Below are positions 31,949 to 41,507 of a stretch of DNA of 64,000 bases, piece by piece. The notes under the pieces were generated by a model. It worked only from the letters and a program-made list of their open reading frames with translations, was not told the origin of the DNA and did no database searches. Source of the stretch: an uncultured Verrucomicrobiae bacterium (GTDB lineage: Bacteria > Verrucomicrobiota > Verrucomicrobiia > Limisphaerales > Palsa-1400); contig OY969763.1 in the NCBI GenBank assembly GCA_963702845.1, positions 4,576,001 through 4,640,000 of the forward strand, in the 5' to 3' direction. The position numbers and the translations under genes were made by a program. The stretch's first letter is position 1. Every line of letters starts with the position of its first letter.

Positions 31949-32073
31949 AGGACGAACATAGATTTAACTGCCGGAGCTTGAAAGAGGTTTCGAACTGGCG
32001 TGTTTCGATTTAGCAGTAGGAAGAATTTGGTCATAAACAAGCTGTCTTTTCGAGCGAGTCTCAATCAACTATA

Positions 32074-32089
32074 CGGAATGAGAACTGCT
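32074..32089 (+). promoter_or_regulatory. Possible sigma-54 promoter
   Basis: CGGAATGAGAACTGCT, GG-N10-GC, ending 11 nt before ATG 32101. Confidence 0.35.
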
Positions 32090-32100
32090 CGGCATTACCT

Positions 32101-32772
32101 ATGAAGCAGCTGTTTGGATTTCTTGTGCTGATCGGAGCGATCGCGTTGGCGATCTGGTGTTTCCGCGAATCGGATAAACCAGAATCGCAAGCGCGTGACT
32201 TCGCCGAATTGCGTGCCAAGAACGAACGCGCGGATGCAAAGGCTGAGATGGAAAAGGCCGCCGCCGGTGAGCCAGCGAATGCGGCTGAACCGGTTCACGA
32301 ACACCAGACGCGGTCTGAAGAAAATCCAATAGCGAATCTGCCGGTGCGCCAAACGGCGGCGGGGCGGTCGTTGAGCAGCGATCAACTTAACTCCTTTGTC
32401 GCAGCGCAGAACGATCAAAAAGCGCGAGAACCCGAGGCGCTGGCGCAAGCGCCGAGTTCGAACGACAGCGTCACGACAGTCACGAATCAAGGCACCGAGT
32501 TCCAACAATTCGTTGCGCTAGCGCGACAACTTGCCGCGACGAAGTCGTTGTCCAATGTTCGGGCAGAAACCGGTGATCGGAGTCTTGCGTTAACGCCGGA
32601 AGCGCAGGGCTTGGCAGACAAAGCGGTCGCTCTAGCTTCGCCGTTTCTCACGCCAGAGCAGGCGCAGAAGTTGCAAGAGTTGCAGTCCAATCCCGAAGCA
32701 ATGGGGAAGTTGGGTCTCGCCGCGAGCCGCCTGTTGGGGAGCAAAGTGGCGCGCCGTTCTTCCGACGAGTAA
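32101..32772 (+). CDS. Hypothetical protein with N-terminal membrane anchor
   Basis: 223 aa; hydrophobic N-terminus, then helical region ending 'FLTPEQAQKL'. Confidence 0.7.
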   Translation: MKQLFGFLVLIGAIALAIWCFRESDKPESQARDFAELRAKNERADAKAEMEKAAAGEPANAAEPVHEHQTRSEENPIANLPVRQTAAGRSLSSDQLNSFVAAQNDQKAREPEALAQAPSSNDSVTTVTNQGTEFQQFVALARQLAATKSLSNVRAETGDRSLALTPEAQGLADKAVALASPFLTPEQAQKLQELQSNPEAMGKLGLAASRLLGSKVARRSSDE

Positions 32773-32777
32773 TGCTG

Positions 32778-33214
32778 TTACTCCTCGCGACCGCTATGGC
32801 CGCGCAGGTTTTCCAAGAGAGGATGGATTGTGGAGTGAGTCGCCGAAGCTGCTCGCGATGTTCAGTCGAAAGTTTTTCCAGGACCTTCTCTCCTTTTGCC
32901 GTGAGCTTCACGCGCACCTGGCGATGGTCCAATGGATCCTTCGCCCGTCGGATATATTTTTGTTTTTCGAGACGATCGACCAACCCAACAGCACTGTGAT
33001 GAACGAGCTGAAGGCGTTCCGCGAGTTCGCCAATCATCACAAAATCGCGATCCGGAAAACCTTTGATAGCTAGTAGCGCCTGGTGCTGTTGCGGTGTCAG
33101 GCCCGCCTTATGCGCCGCGTCTTCACTGAATTTGAGGAATTGCCGGAGCGAATAGCGAAATGCGGCGAGCATCTCGTAATCGCGCTTCGTGACAGCTTGT
33201 CGCGTTCTGGACAC
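32778..33214 (-). CDS. MarR-family transcriptional regulator; frameshift near 32827
   Basis: 'FRYSLRQFL..SE..A...GLTPQQHQALLAI', 'ELAERL', 'DHRQVRVKLT..G'; corrected C-terminus ...HPLLENLRGHSGREE* ends at 32778. Confidence 0.88.
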
Positions 33215-33268
33215 AAGGCGGATGTATCGCAAACAGCAGCCATATGCAAAAGTAAAAAAACCCGTTGC

Positions 33269-33291
33269 AATATATCGTATTGCGATATATT
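33269..33291. promoter_or_regulatory. Palindromic operator between marR and clc
   Basis: AATATATCG-tattg-CGATATATT, overlapping a TTGCAA -35-like box. Confidence 0.75.
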
Positions 33292-33336
33292 TAAATCTCT
33301 GCTGAATCGAGCAACTTCTGTAGTTGCTCTTTTTTT

Positions 33337-35145
33337 ATGGCACAAAACGATTCTTCACATACGACTGAACTGGGCGATTTCCGAACAGACAAGCGGATGC
33401 TGCTGCTGTGTGCGCTTGCGCTGCCCATCGGCGTGGCCAGCGCCTTCGTTGCGCGCGCCCTGCTTTGGCTGATCGCGCTCATCACCAACATCAGCTTTCT
33501 CCAACGTGTCTCCACCGCTCCTGTCCTGCCCCAGGAACATCATATGGGTTGGCTGGTCATTTTCGTTCCGGTGATCGGCGCACTTATCATCGGCTTGATG
33601 GCGCGATACGGCTCCGAAAAAATCCGCGGGCACGGAATCCCCGAAGCGCTTGAAGCCATCCTGCTCGGGCGCAGTTTCATGGACCCGAAGGTCGCGATTC
33701 TAAAACCATTATCGTCGGCAATTTCTATCGGCACGGGCGGGCCATTCGGTGCGGAGGGTCCAATCATCATGACTGGCGGAGCCTTCGGTTCGATTTTCGC
33801 GCAGTTCTTCCACCTCACCGCCGCTGAGCGCAAAACGTTGCTCGTGGCCGGCGCGGCGGCTGGCATGTCGGCGGTTTTCGCAACTCCGATTGCAGCTATT
33901 TTGCTGGCAGTTGAACTCCTGTTGTTCGAATGGAAACCGCGCAGCTTTGTCCCGGTTGCGCTGGCTTCGGTTGTCGCCTCGCAAATGCGTGTGCCGCTGC
34001 TTGGAATGGGTCCAATTTTTGCCACAGCCCCACACGGCTTTATTGGATCGCAAGGTTTGTGCATCGCCCTGGTCGTCGGTCTGGCGGCTGGTTTCGGGTC
34101 GTGCTTCCTGACGGCGATCGTCTACTTCTTTGAAGACCTGTTCCAAAAATTGCCGATTCACTGGATGTGGTGGCCGGCGATTGGAGCGGTACTCGTGGGC
34201 ATTGGCGGGTACTTCGAACCGCGGGTTCTCGGGGTTGGCTACGACACCATCTCTGGGCTGATTCACGGAAATATGATTGGCAAAACCCTGGTGGCGTTGC
34301 TGATTTTGAAAGCGCTGGTTTGGTCAATTGCGCTCGGGTCAGGAACCTCTGGCGGTGTGCTTGCACCTTTATTAATTATCGGCGGCGGCATCGGCGCGTT
34401 AACCAGCCAAGGCGTAATGGCCGCCGACACAGGCCTGTGGGCGCTCGTGGGCATGGCTGCAATGATGGGTGGAACCATGCGCTCGCCTCTCACCGGAATG
34501 GTTTTCGCGCTCGAACTGACCGGGGATCTGAATGCGCTGCCTGCCCTGCTCATTGGCTGCGTGACGGCGATGACGATCACCATTCTGCTGATGCGCCGTT
34601 CGATTCTCACGGAAAAGCTCGCGCGCCGAGGACAACACATTGCGCGAGAATATAGCGTCGATCCTTTCGAACTGATGCGTGTCGGCGACGTGATGGAAAA
34701 GGATCCACCAACCGTTACTGCCGACACGTTAGTGAATGAATTGTCCGATCGCATTGCTCAAGGCGATCCAGCGGTATGCCGACGCCAAGCCGTCCTGATT
34801 GTTAACGAAAGCGGAGAACTCGAGGGTATTATCACGCGCGGAGACATTATGCGGCATTTGCAAAATGATCGGTGCGGTAAGATTAAAGTTTTGGATGCCG
34901 GCAGAAAACAGATGGTCGTGGCGCATGCTGATGAATCCTTGCACAGCGCGGTGGCGAAGATGTTGACAAACGATATCGGCCGCTTGCCGGTCGTCGAGCG
35001 CGCAGACACGAAACGAATCATTGGTTATCTCGGACGTGCCGATATTCTGGCCGCGCGATTGCGCGGGCATGAAGAGGAAGAGATCCGGGAAAAAGGCCCC
35101 ATCGCTAAAAACATTATCAAATCGCCTGAACTAATCGGGCGTTAA
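33337..35145 (+). CDS. ClC-family channel/antiporter with two CBS domains
   Basis: GHGIPE, GGPFGAEGP, GAAAGMSAVFATP, GTSGGVLAP; CBS pair at the C-terminus. Confidence 0.92.
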   Translation: MAQNDSSHTTELGDFRTDKRMLLLCALALPIGVASAFVARALLWLIALITNISFLQRVSTAPVLPQEHHMGWLVIFVPVIGALIIGLMARYGSEKIRGHGIPEALEAILLGRSFMDPKVAILKPLSSAISIGTGGPFGAEGPIIMTGGAFGSIFAQFFHLTAAERKTLLVAGAAAGMSAVFATPIAAILLAVELLLFEWKPRSFVPVALASVVASQMRVPLLGMGPIFATAPHGFIGSQGLCIALVVGLAAGFGSCFLTAIVYFFEDLFQKLPIHWMWWPAIGAVLVGIGGYFEPRVLGVGYDTISGLIHGNMIGKTLVALLILKALVWSIALGSGTSGGVLAPLLIIGGGIGALTSQGVMAADTGLWALVGMAAMMGGTMRSPLTGMVFALELTGDLNALPALLIGCVTAMTITILLMRRSILTEKLARRGQHIAREYSVDPFELMRVGDVMEKDPPTVTADTLVNELSDRIAQGDPAVCRRQAVLIVNESGELEGIITRGDIMRHLQNDRCGKIKVLDAGRKQMVVAHADESLHSAVAKMLTNDIGRLPVVERADTKRIIGYLGRADILAARLRGHEEEEIREKGPIAKNIIKSPELIGR

Positions 35146-35266
35146 AAACTTATGCTCACTCTCGGTTTGAAATTTAGCCTCGCCATCGGTGTCGGAGTCG
35201 TGATTCTGGCCCTGCTCTAGCAGTGTTGACGCGCATAGTGGCGCACGTCACAGTGATGGCGCTCCT

Positions 35267-35992
35267 ATGAAATCCTTTCTCGCGATAGCGCGCTGGCTGC
35301 TGCTGGCGCTCGTTTGCACGTCCCAGCTCTTTGGACAAAACGAAGGCAGTCCGGGCATTTATCAAGGTCGCCACATCGCTCCGGTGATGGGACATCAAGG
35401 CGCCGAATGGCTGGAGCGACCAGAGCGACACGCGGAAGAGCGACCCGATTTGTTGTTGCAGGCGCTGAAACTGAAACCAGGAATGAACGTCGCGGATATA
35501 GGCGCCGGGACGGGTTATTTCACGTGGCGCATGGCGAAGCTGGTTGCGCCTAAAGGGTCCGTCTACGCAGTGGAAATCCAGCAAGAGATGCTCGACATGC
35601 TAGCGACGAATGTCGTCGCGCATGGAGCGACCAACTTTCACTCCATCCTTGGGACGGTCACCGATACGCATTTGCCGACGAACAAAATCGATCTCGTATT
35701 GATGGTGGACGTGTATCACGAATTTGATCACCCACGCGAGATGCTCGAATCGATTTGGCGCTCGCTCAGCCCGAATGGCCGGGTTGTTTTCGTGGAATAT
35801 CGCGGCCAGGACCCCAATGTCCCGATCAAGCCATTGCACAAAATGACCGAAGCGCAGGTGCGCAAGGAAGCGGAGTTGTTACCATTGCAGTGGGTAGAAA
35901 CGAGCGAGATACTGCCCCGGCAGCACATTATAATTTTCAAAAAGAAAACTACTTCGCCAATTCAATACAACGGGTCTCACGCACGACCGTAA
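35267..35992 (+). CDS. Class I SAM-dependent methyltransferase with signal peptide
   Basis: VADIGAGTGY, VYAVEIQ, MVDVYHE; 3' end overlaps rny by 44 nt. Confidence 0.85.
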   Translation: MKSFLAIARWLLLALVCTSQLFGQNEGSPGIYQGRHIAPVMGHQGAEWLERPERHAEERPDLLLQALKLKPGMNVADIGAGTGYFTWRMAKLVAPKGSVYAVEIQQEMLDMLATNVVAHGATNFHSILGTVTDTHLPTNKIDLVLMVDVYHEFDHPREMLESIWRSLSPNGRVVFVEYRGQDPNVPIKPLHKMTEAQVRKEAELLPLQWVETSEILPRQHIIIFKKKTTSPIQYNGSHARP

Positions 35993-37511
35993 TTCTGATC
36001 TGCCCGGGGTATTGCAGTTCCTCTTCAATTTTCTTCGCGATGTTGCGCGCAAGAACAAAGGCTTCGTCGTCAGTGATTTTCTCAGGCTGCACCAAAACGC
36101 GCAGTTCGCGGCCGGCCTGAAGGGCAAAGCACTTTTCGACGCCGTCGAATGACAAACCAATGCGTTCGAGATCTTCGACGCGTTTGATATAAGTGAGAAT
36201 GGTTTCGGAACGGGCACCCGGACGCGCGGCGCTGATTGCGTCAGCGGCGCCGACGAGAACGCCCAATAAATTCTTTTCCGTTTCGCCATGGTGCGAAGCG
36301 ACGCCGGTCACGATATCAGCGGGTTCACCATGACGTTTTATAAATTCGGCGCCCACAATTGCGTGCGGCCCTTCCACCTCGTGGTTCATCGCTTTGCCGA
36401 TGTCGTGGAGCAGGCCAGCGCGTTTCGCGGCGGCGACATCGACTCCAAGTTCACCTGCAAGCAAGCCCATGATATGCGCGACTTCAACGGAGTGTTGCAG
36501 GAGATTCTGACTAAAGCTGCGGCGGTAATGCAGACGACCGAGCAGCTTCACAATCTCGGGATGCATCGGGGTGAGACCGAGTTTCATGACCGCTTCGCCA
36601 CCGCAACGCTGGATCATTTCATCCATCTCTTGCGAAACTTTTGCGACGACTTCTTCGATGCGCGCCGGGTGAATGCGGCCATCGAGGATCAAACGTCCCA
36701 TCGCTTCGCGCGCGATCTCGCGGCGCACGGGATCGAAACCGGAAAGGACAATCGACCCTGGGGTATCATCGATTAAAACAGTGATACCAGTAGCTGCTTC
36801 AAACGCCCTAATGTTCCTACCTTCACGACCAATGATGCGCCCTTTAATTTCGTCGTTTGTGATCGAAATGGCACAGGTTGAATTTTCGGTGGTGTGCTCG
36901 CCGCCATAGCGATGAATCGCGTTAGCGATGATGTGCCGGGCTTTTTCTTCGGCGTGGGTTTTCGCGTCGTCGAGAATACGCTGGCAAAGTTTGGCGGCAT
37001 CGCGCTGCGCTTCCTGCTCGAGTTGTTTGCTGAAGGCAGCGCGCGCTTCGGTTTCGTTCAACGTTGCGAGACAGGCGAGTTGTTGGCGACGCTGCAGAAG
37101 CAAGTCGGCGGCCTGAGATCGCATGTGTTGCAATTCGACCAGCCGAACGTCGCACTCTTCTTTTTCACCGCGCAAAACTTTTTCCTGCTGCACGAGATTG
37201 TCGAGTTGCCGGTTGAGCAGGGCTTCGCGCTCGTTTAATCGCTGGTCGATCGCGGCAAGTTCTTTTTGGCGCAAGCCTGCGAGAGCTTCCGTTTCGGTGC
37301 GCAGTTTGAGGGAATATTCGTTAGCTTCGAGGCGACCTTCGCGAATGAGCGCTTCGGCTTGTCGCTTTGCGTCGTCGAACATCGCATCGTGCCTGGACTT
37401 GAGTTGGGCGCGAACGGCGCGTTCACGCCAGCGCAACATCCAAATACCCGACGCTGTGCCGAGAATGAAGACGCCGGCTCCGGCCACGATAGAATCTGTC
37501 GAAAATATCAT
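35949..37511 (-). CDS. rny: Ribonuclease Y
   Basis: N-terminal TM plus coiled coil, KH 'KGRIIGREGRNIR', HD 'LLHDIGKA', 'ADAISAARPGAR'. Confidence 0.96.
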   Translation of the reverse strand: MIFSTDSIVAGAGVFILGTASGIWMLRWRERAVRAQLKSRHDAMFDDAKRQAEALIREGRLEANEYSLKLRTETEALAGLRQKELAAIDQRLNEREALLNRQLDNLVQQEKVLRGEKEECDVRLVELQHMRSQAADLLLQRRQQLACLATLNETEARAAFSKQLEQEAQRDAAKLCQRILDDAKTHAEEKARHIIANAIHRYGGEHTTENSTCAISITNDEIKGRIIGREGRNIRAFEAATGITVLIDDTPGSIVLSGFDPVRREIAREAMGRLILDGRIHPARIEEVVAKVSQEMDEMIQRCGGEAVMKLGLTPMHPEIVKLLGRLHYRRSFSQNLLQHSVEVAHIMGLLAGELGVDVAAAKRAGLLHDIGKAMNHEVEGPHAIVGAEFIKRHGEPADIVTGVASHHGETEKNLLGVLVGAADAISAARPGARSETILTYIKRVEDLERIGLSFDGVEKCFALQAGRELRVLVQPEKITDDEAFVLARNIAKKIEEELQYPGQIRITVVRETRCIELAK

Positions 37512-37512
37512 T

Positions 37513-38097
37513 TCAACCTGTCACTGCCGCAAACTCGATGAACCGTGTCGGTGTGAGGACACAATTCATGCGGATATCATGCGCTTCAGCAGGGATTCGC
37601 TGGATGAGCTGTTCATCAAATGCGACTCCACATTTGATTCCGACAACAGAGGCGAGCAGGCGGTCGTAATGACCTTGCCCGCGCCCGAGCCGGTGCCCAG
37701 TCAGGTCGAAGGATACTCCAGGAACCAGGATCAAGTCCAGACGGTTCGCAGGAAATTCCGCGCAGGTGGCAATCGGTTCGATGATTCCAAAGCGACCGGC
37801 GGCGCAGTCGTGTTGAGCGTGAGAAATTTTAAACGGCACGTACGATTTTGTCGCTTCGACAAATTTTGGGAGCGCGACAGTTTTGCCGGAGGCGAGCGCA
37901 TCGTCGATCAATGGCGAGAAATCCAATTCGTCGTGCAACGCTGAGTAGAACATCACCGAATTGACCTGTGCCCAAACTTTTTGTTCCCGCAAGAGCGCAC
38001 ACGCGAGAGTTGACGCGCGCACGCGTTGTTCGGGGGTGATGGCGTGCAATTTGGCACGCACTTCGATGCGCAATTCGTTCTTGGAGATAGCCGCCAT
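37513..38097 (-). CDS. 5-formyltetrahydrofolate cyclo-ligase
   Basis: K.ELR, FGIIEP, LVPGVSFD..G.RLGRGQGHYDR, EAHD. Confidence 0.92.
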   Translation of the reverse strand: MAAISKNELRIEVRAKLHAITPEQRVRASTLACALLREQKVWAQVNSVMFYSALHDELDFSPLIDDALASGKTVALPKFVEATKSYVPFKISHAQHDCAAGRFGIIEPIATCAEFPANRLDLILVPGVSFDLTGHRLGRGQGHYDRLLASVVGIKCGVAFDEQLIQRIPAEAHDIRMNCVLTPTRFIEFAAVTG

Positions 38098-38099
38098 CT

Positions 38100-39713
38100 C
38101 TATCGCGCGCGCCGGATCTTACCACGGCGCTGGCTCGTTGGTCCGCCCGGCCTGGGTGTTCTGCTTGGGCCAGTCGGTCGGCTTGGTCTGCCTGGCCGGG
38201 TTGGCCGAGTCGGCCTGTGTAACATACCTGGCCCTCCTCTTGCCTTGCCGGAGCTAGGCGGCGGATTTTTCTGAAATTTTCGTTTGGGCTGGATCGTCTT
38301 TGGCCGTTCCCGCGCGACCAACACAATCGGGCAACCTTCAAAGCCAAACTTGGCGCGCATTTGGTTGATCAAATATTTTTTGTACTGGTCGGAGAACAAG
38401 TCCTCACGATTGACGAAAAGCAAAAAGACTGGTGGCTGTTGCTTGACCTGGGTGGCGTAGAAAAATTTAAGTCGATGTCCAGCCGAGGTCGGTGGCTGCC
38501 GTTGCACGATCGCATCATTAAGTGTGCGATTCAGGATCGACGTAGGAACCTTCTGCTGCAATTGCGCGGCGACGAAGCGAATTGCTTCCAACAGCCGATC
38601 AAGATGAAAACCGTCCTTGGCCGACGTAAAAATTACCGGGGCGTAATCCAGGAAGAACAACTGCTCCTGCACCCATCCACCGAAATCCGACAGCGTGGTC
38701 AGCGGTTTCTCCTGGCCTTCGCGTTTGGTTTGCTGACGCAGTTGCTCGCGCAATTCAGCGCGGCCCTGCTCAAGGCCGGGTTTAACAAGGTCCCATTTAT
38801 TGACGACGAGGATGCAGGCTTTCTTGCTGTCGATGATTTTGCCGGCAACTTTTTTGTCCTGGGCGGTAACACCAGCTTCCGCATCGATGACAAACACAAC
38901 TATATCGCTGCGTTCGATCGATTCCTCAGTGCGTTTGACGCTGAAAAATTCAACAGAATCGTCCACGCGCCGTTCCTGGCGAACGCCGGCGGTATCGATG
39001 AAGATGTAACGTTGGCGCACGCCTTCGGTTTCAATTTCGAACGGGACATCAACCGAATCCCGAGTCGTGCCGGGGATTGCCGAAACGATGACGCGTTCGG
39101 ACTGCGTCAGCTTATTAATGAGCGATGACTTGCCAACATTGGGACGCCCGACAATTGCAAGTTTCAGGACTGGCGAGGTGTCGGGAGCATCCGCACCTGG
39201 TTGAAATTCCGGCAAAAACGAAACAGCACGTGACATCAAATCTTCGATGCCGCGTTGATGAATGGCGCTGACGGCAAAAGTCTGTTCGAAACCAAGTTCA
39301 GAAAACTCGTCCATGCCCGATTCAGCTCGTTCGGTGTCGACTTTGTTGATGGCAACGAGGACACGTTTTTGCGAACTGCGCAAACGTTCGGCGACTTCCC
39401 GGTCCAACGGCACGACGCCGTCCTGAACGTTCACGACGAGAATGATGACGTCCGCGGCTTCGATTGCGATTTCGACCTGCTGGATGGCCGCCTGGATAAT
39501 AACGTCAGTCGATTTTTCGCGCCGGAGCAGGCCGATGCCGCCGGTGTCGACGAGCGTAAATGGTCTGCCGTGCCATTCGGCCTCGACCGTGACACGGTCA
39601 CGCGTCACGCCCGGTTGGTCGTGGACAATAGCAATGCGTTTGCCGACGATCCGATTAAAGAGCGCGGATTTGCCGACATTCGGGCGACCTACGATGGCAA
39701 TTAGTCCAGCCAT
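38100..39713 (-). CDS. der: Ribosome biogenesis GTPase Der with long basic Pro/Arg tail
   Basis: Two GRPNVGKS G-domains, DTGG/DTAG, NKVD/NKWD, KH-like C-terminal domain; ATG at 39713. Confidence 0.96.
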   Translation of the reverse strand: MAGLIAIVGRPNVGKSALFNRIVGKRIAIVHDQPGVTRDRVTVEAEWHGRPFTLVDTGGIGLLRREKSTDVIIQAAIQQVEIAIEAADVIILVVNVQDGVVPLDREVAERLRSSQKRVLVAINKVDTERAESGMDEFSELGFEQTFAVSAIHQRGIEDLMSRAVSFLPEFQPGADAPDTSPVLKLAIVGRPNVGKSSLINKLTQSERVIVSAIPGTTRDSVDVPFEIETEGVRQRYIFIDTAGVRQERRVDDSVEFFSVKRTEESIERSDIVVFVIDAEAGVTAQDKKVAGKIIDSKKACILVVNKWDLVKPGLEQGRAELREQLRQQTKREGQEKPLTTLSDFGGWVQEQLFFLDYAPVIFTSAKDGFHLDRLLEAIRFVAAQLQQKVPTSILNRTLNDAIVQRQPPTSAGHRLKFFYATQVKQQPPVFLLFVNREDLFSDQYKKYLINQMRAKFGFEGCPIVLVARERPKTIQPKRKFQKNPPPSSGKARGGPGMLHRPTRPTRPGRPSRPTGPSRTPRPGGPTSQRRGKIRRAR

Positions 39714-39832
39714 AACCTTCAATCCGATTCTGTCATGGAATTGGCCGGTGTCAAAATTATGCACCGGCCTCAAATGAAACGCACCCCGCATGTTACCACG
39801 CGGGGTCCGCGACAGATGCTACCTTGAAAGTT
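39714..39832 (-). promoter_or_regulatory. Candidate structured leader RNA between rpsU and der
   Basis: Nested stems AACUUUCAA/UUGAAGGUU and UCUGUC/GACAGA enclosing hairpins ACCCCGCG../..UGCGGGGU and GGCCGGUG../..CACCGGCC. Confidence 0.45.
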
Positions 39833-39843
39833 TCGGAAGACGA

Positions 39844-40041
39844 CTAATCGTCAGCATGCCGTGCCTGGAGCATGGCAGTGAAACGCGCGGCTTTGGTTTT
39901 GCGACGTTTCTTTTCGCTCGGTTTCTCGAACCGGCGGTGCAGGCGGACTTGCTGTAGGGTCTGTTCGCGCTCGAGCTTCTTCTTGAAGCGGCGAAGCGCT
40001 TTATCTACAGGCTCACCCTTTTTTAGTTTTACTTCGGTCAT
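39844..40041 (-). CDS. rpsU: 30S ribosomal protein S21
   Basis: 'GEPVDKALRRFKKK', 'FEKPSEKKRRK'. Confidence 0.95.
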   Translation of the reverse strand: MTEVKLKKGEPVDKALRRFKKKLEREQTLQQVRLHRRFEKPSEKKRRKTKAARFTAMLQARHADD

Positions 40042-40043
40042 AA

Positions 40044-41078
40044 TTAGTTTTGTTTCCGGGCCGTTCGCAAAACCTCGTAACCCACGAGCCTTTGCCCTTG
40101 TTCATCCCAAAGACGAAATGTGAACGATTTCATGCTGGTCAACAGCGTTACCGGTTTAACGGTCTGAAATAATGGCTCAGCTTCGTGGCATTTCTCAAGA
40201 TGATAATTTGGTATGCGCGGACTGAGATGATGGATGTGATGGAAGCCGATGTTGCCGGAGAACCATTGCATCACCTTCGGCAACTTATAAAACGAACTGC
40301 CTTGCAAGGCGGCCGTGCTATAGTCCCAGTTCTCGTTACGTTCCCAATAAACACCTTCAAACTGGTGTTGGACGTAGAAAAGCCAAATTCCCGCCGACCC
40401 GGCGGTCATGAGAATGATCACCTGCAGAATCAAATATGTTTTAAAGCCGAAGATATAAATCAATCCGACGGCGATCAGCACAAGGGCCAGATTTGTTAAT
40501 GCCACCGAATGCCGCTCGCGTTGAGGGGCTTTTCCCTTCGGAAAGCGATGCTGAATCATGAACAAGTAAACCGGCGCGAGACCGAATAGGATCACCGGAT
40601 TGCGCGCGAGGCGATAGGCGAAGCGTTTCCAGCGCGAGGCTTCGAGATATTCCTGCACTGTTAAAGTCCAGACGTCGCCTGTCCCTCGGCGGTCGAGATC
40701 GCCCGATGTCGAGTGGTGCAGCGCATGTTCCCAACGCCAATGATAATAGGGAGTGAACGTCAGCACACCGGTTATGAAACCCAGAATGTCATTGGCCTTT
40801 GTCGACTTAAAGTACGAGCCGTGTCCGCAATCATGAAAGATGATGAAAACGCGTACCAAAAATGCACCAGCAAGAATAGCCAGCGGCACCGCAAACCACC
40901 ACGACACTTTGACGGCAAAATACATCAAGGTCCAAAGCGCGACGTAGGGAACGACGGTGTTGACGATCTGCCAAATCGCGCGCCAGGGAGCAGGGTTCTG
41001 ATATTTAAGGACGATTTCTTTCCAAGAATGGCGGCTGGCAGCGTGATTGTTAGCAGTCTTACTGGTGCTTTTGTTCAT
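40044..41078 (-). CDS. Membrane fatty acid desaturase (Bacillus Des-like)
   Basis: His boxes HDCGH, HALHH and HHIHH, plus FYVQH. Confidence 0.93.
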   Translation of the reverse strand: MNKSTSKTANNHAASRHSWKEIVLKYQNPAPWRAIWQIVNTVVPYVALWTLMYFAVKVSWWFAVPLAILAGAFLVRVFIIFHDCGHGSYFKSTKANDILGFITGVLTFTPYYHWRWEHALHHSTSGDLDRRGTGDVWTLTVQEYLEASRWKRFAYRLARNPVILFGLAPVYLFMIQHRFPKGKAPQRERHSVALTNLALVLIAVGLIYIFGFKTYLILQVIILMTAGSAGIWLFYVQHQFEGVYWERNENWDYSTAALQGSSFYKLPKVMQWFSGNIGFHHIHHLSPRIPNYHLEKCHEAEPLFQTVKPVTLLTSMKSFTFRLWDEQGQRLVGYEVLRTARKQN

Positions 41079-41441
41079 CAGGATAACTTTAAAAATAGAA
41101 TCCTGGACCGCAGAACTCTGACCCGCGCCCAAATTGACATGGAATGTACCGAACGCAAGCGGAGAATTGGAGCATTTCGGGCGGCGCAGCTGTAAGAATA
41201 TTGCATTGCGGCACGACGTTGATCGGAGGCAAAAACTTTCTCTTTTCGCGGATCAGACCCAATTTTCTGGCCTATACCGCTGTCAAATACTAACATGCAA
41301 CCTATTTGAATGCAATAACTTGCAACTTGTTTGAATTTTCTAGCTTGCTATCATTGCGAACCATGCGAATCTATTGAGCAGATTAGAGTTACTTGTTTGA
41401 TTCTCAGGGCATGCAACAATCCTCAGGTGAACGAAGTTCAG

Positions 41442-41505
41442 TGATGATTTGAAACCCGATCGTCGGGAGTAGTCCAGAAGCGCAGTAGATCTAACGAAAT
41501 CATCA
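41442..41505 (+). promoter_or_regulatory. Structured 5' UTR of the RRM gene
   Basis: Perfect 9-bp stem TGATGATTT/AAATCATCA closing 2 nt before the ATG; inner hairpin CCCGA-tcg-TCGGG. Confidence 0.5.
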
Positions 41506-41507
41506 GT

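Noticed and set aside
33235..33336. Fluoride riboswitch upstream of the ClC gene
   Set aside because: No GGCGATGG-type fluoride riboswitch core, and the ClC lacks GNNLI/GREGT fluoride motifs
38098..38320. 6S RNA (ssrS), expected near 5-formyl-THF cyclo-ligase and rny
   Set aside because: der ends 2 nt before the cyclo-ligase gene, and I could not fold this sequence into a 6S-like long rod with a central bubble; an Rfam RF00013 scan would settle it
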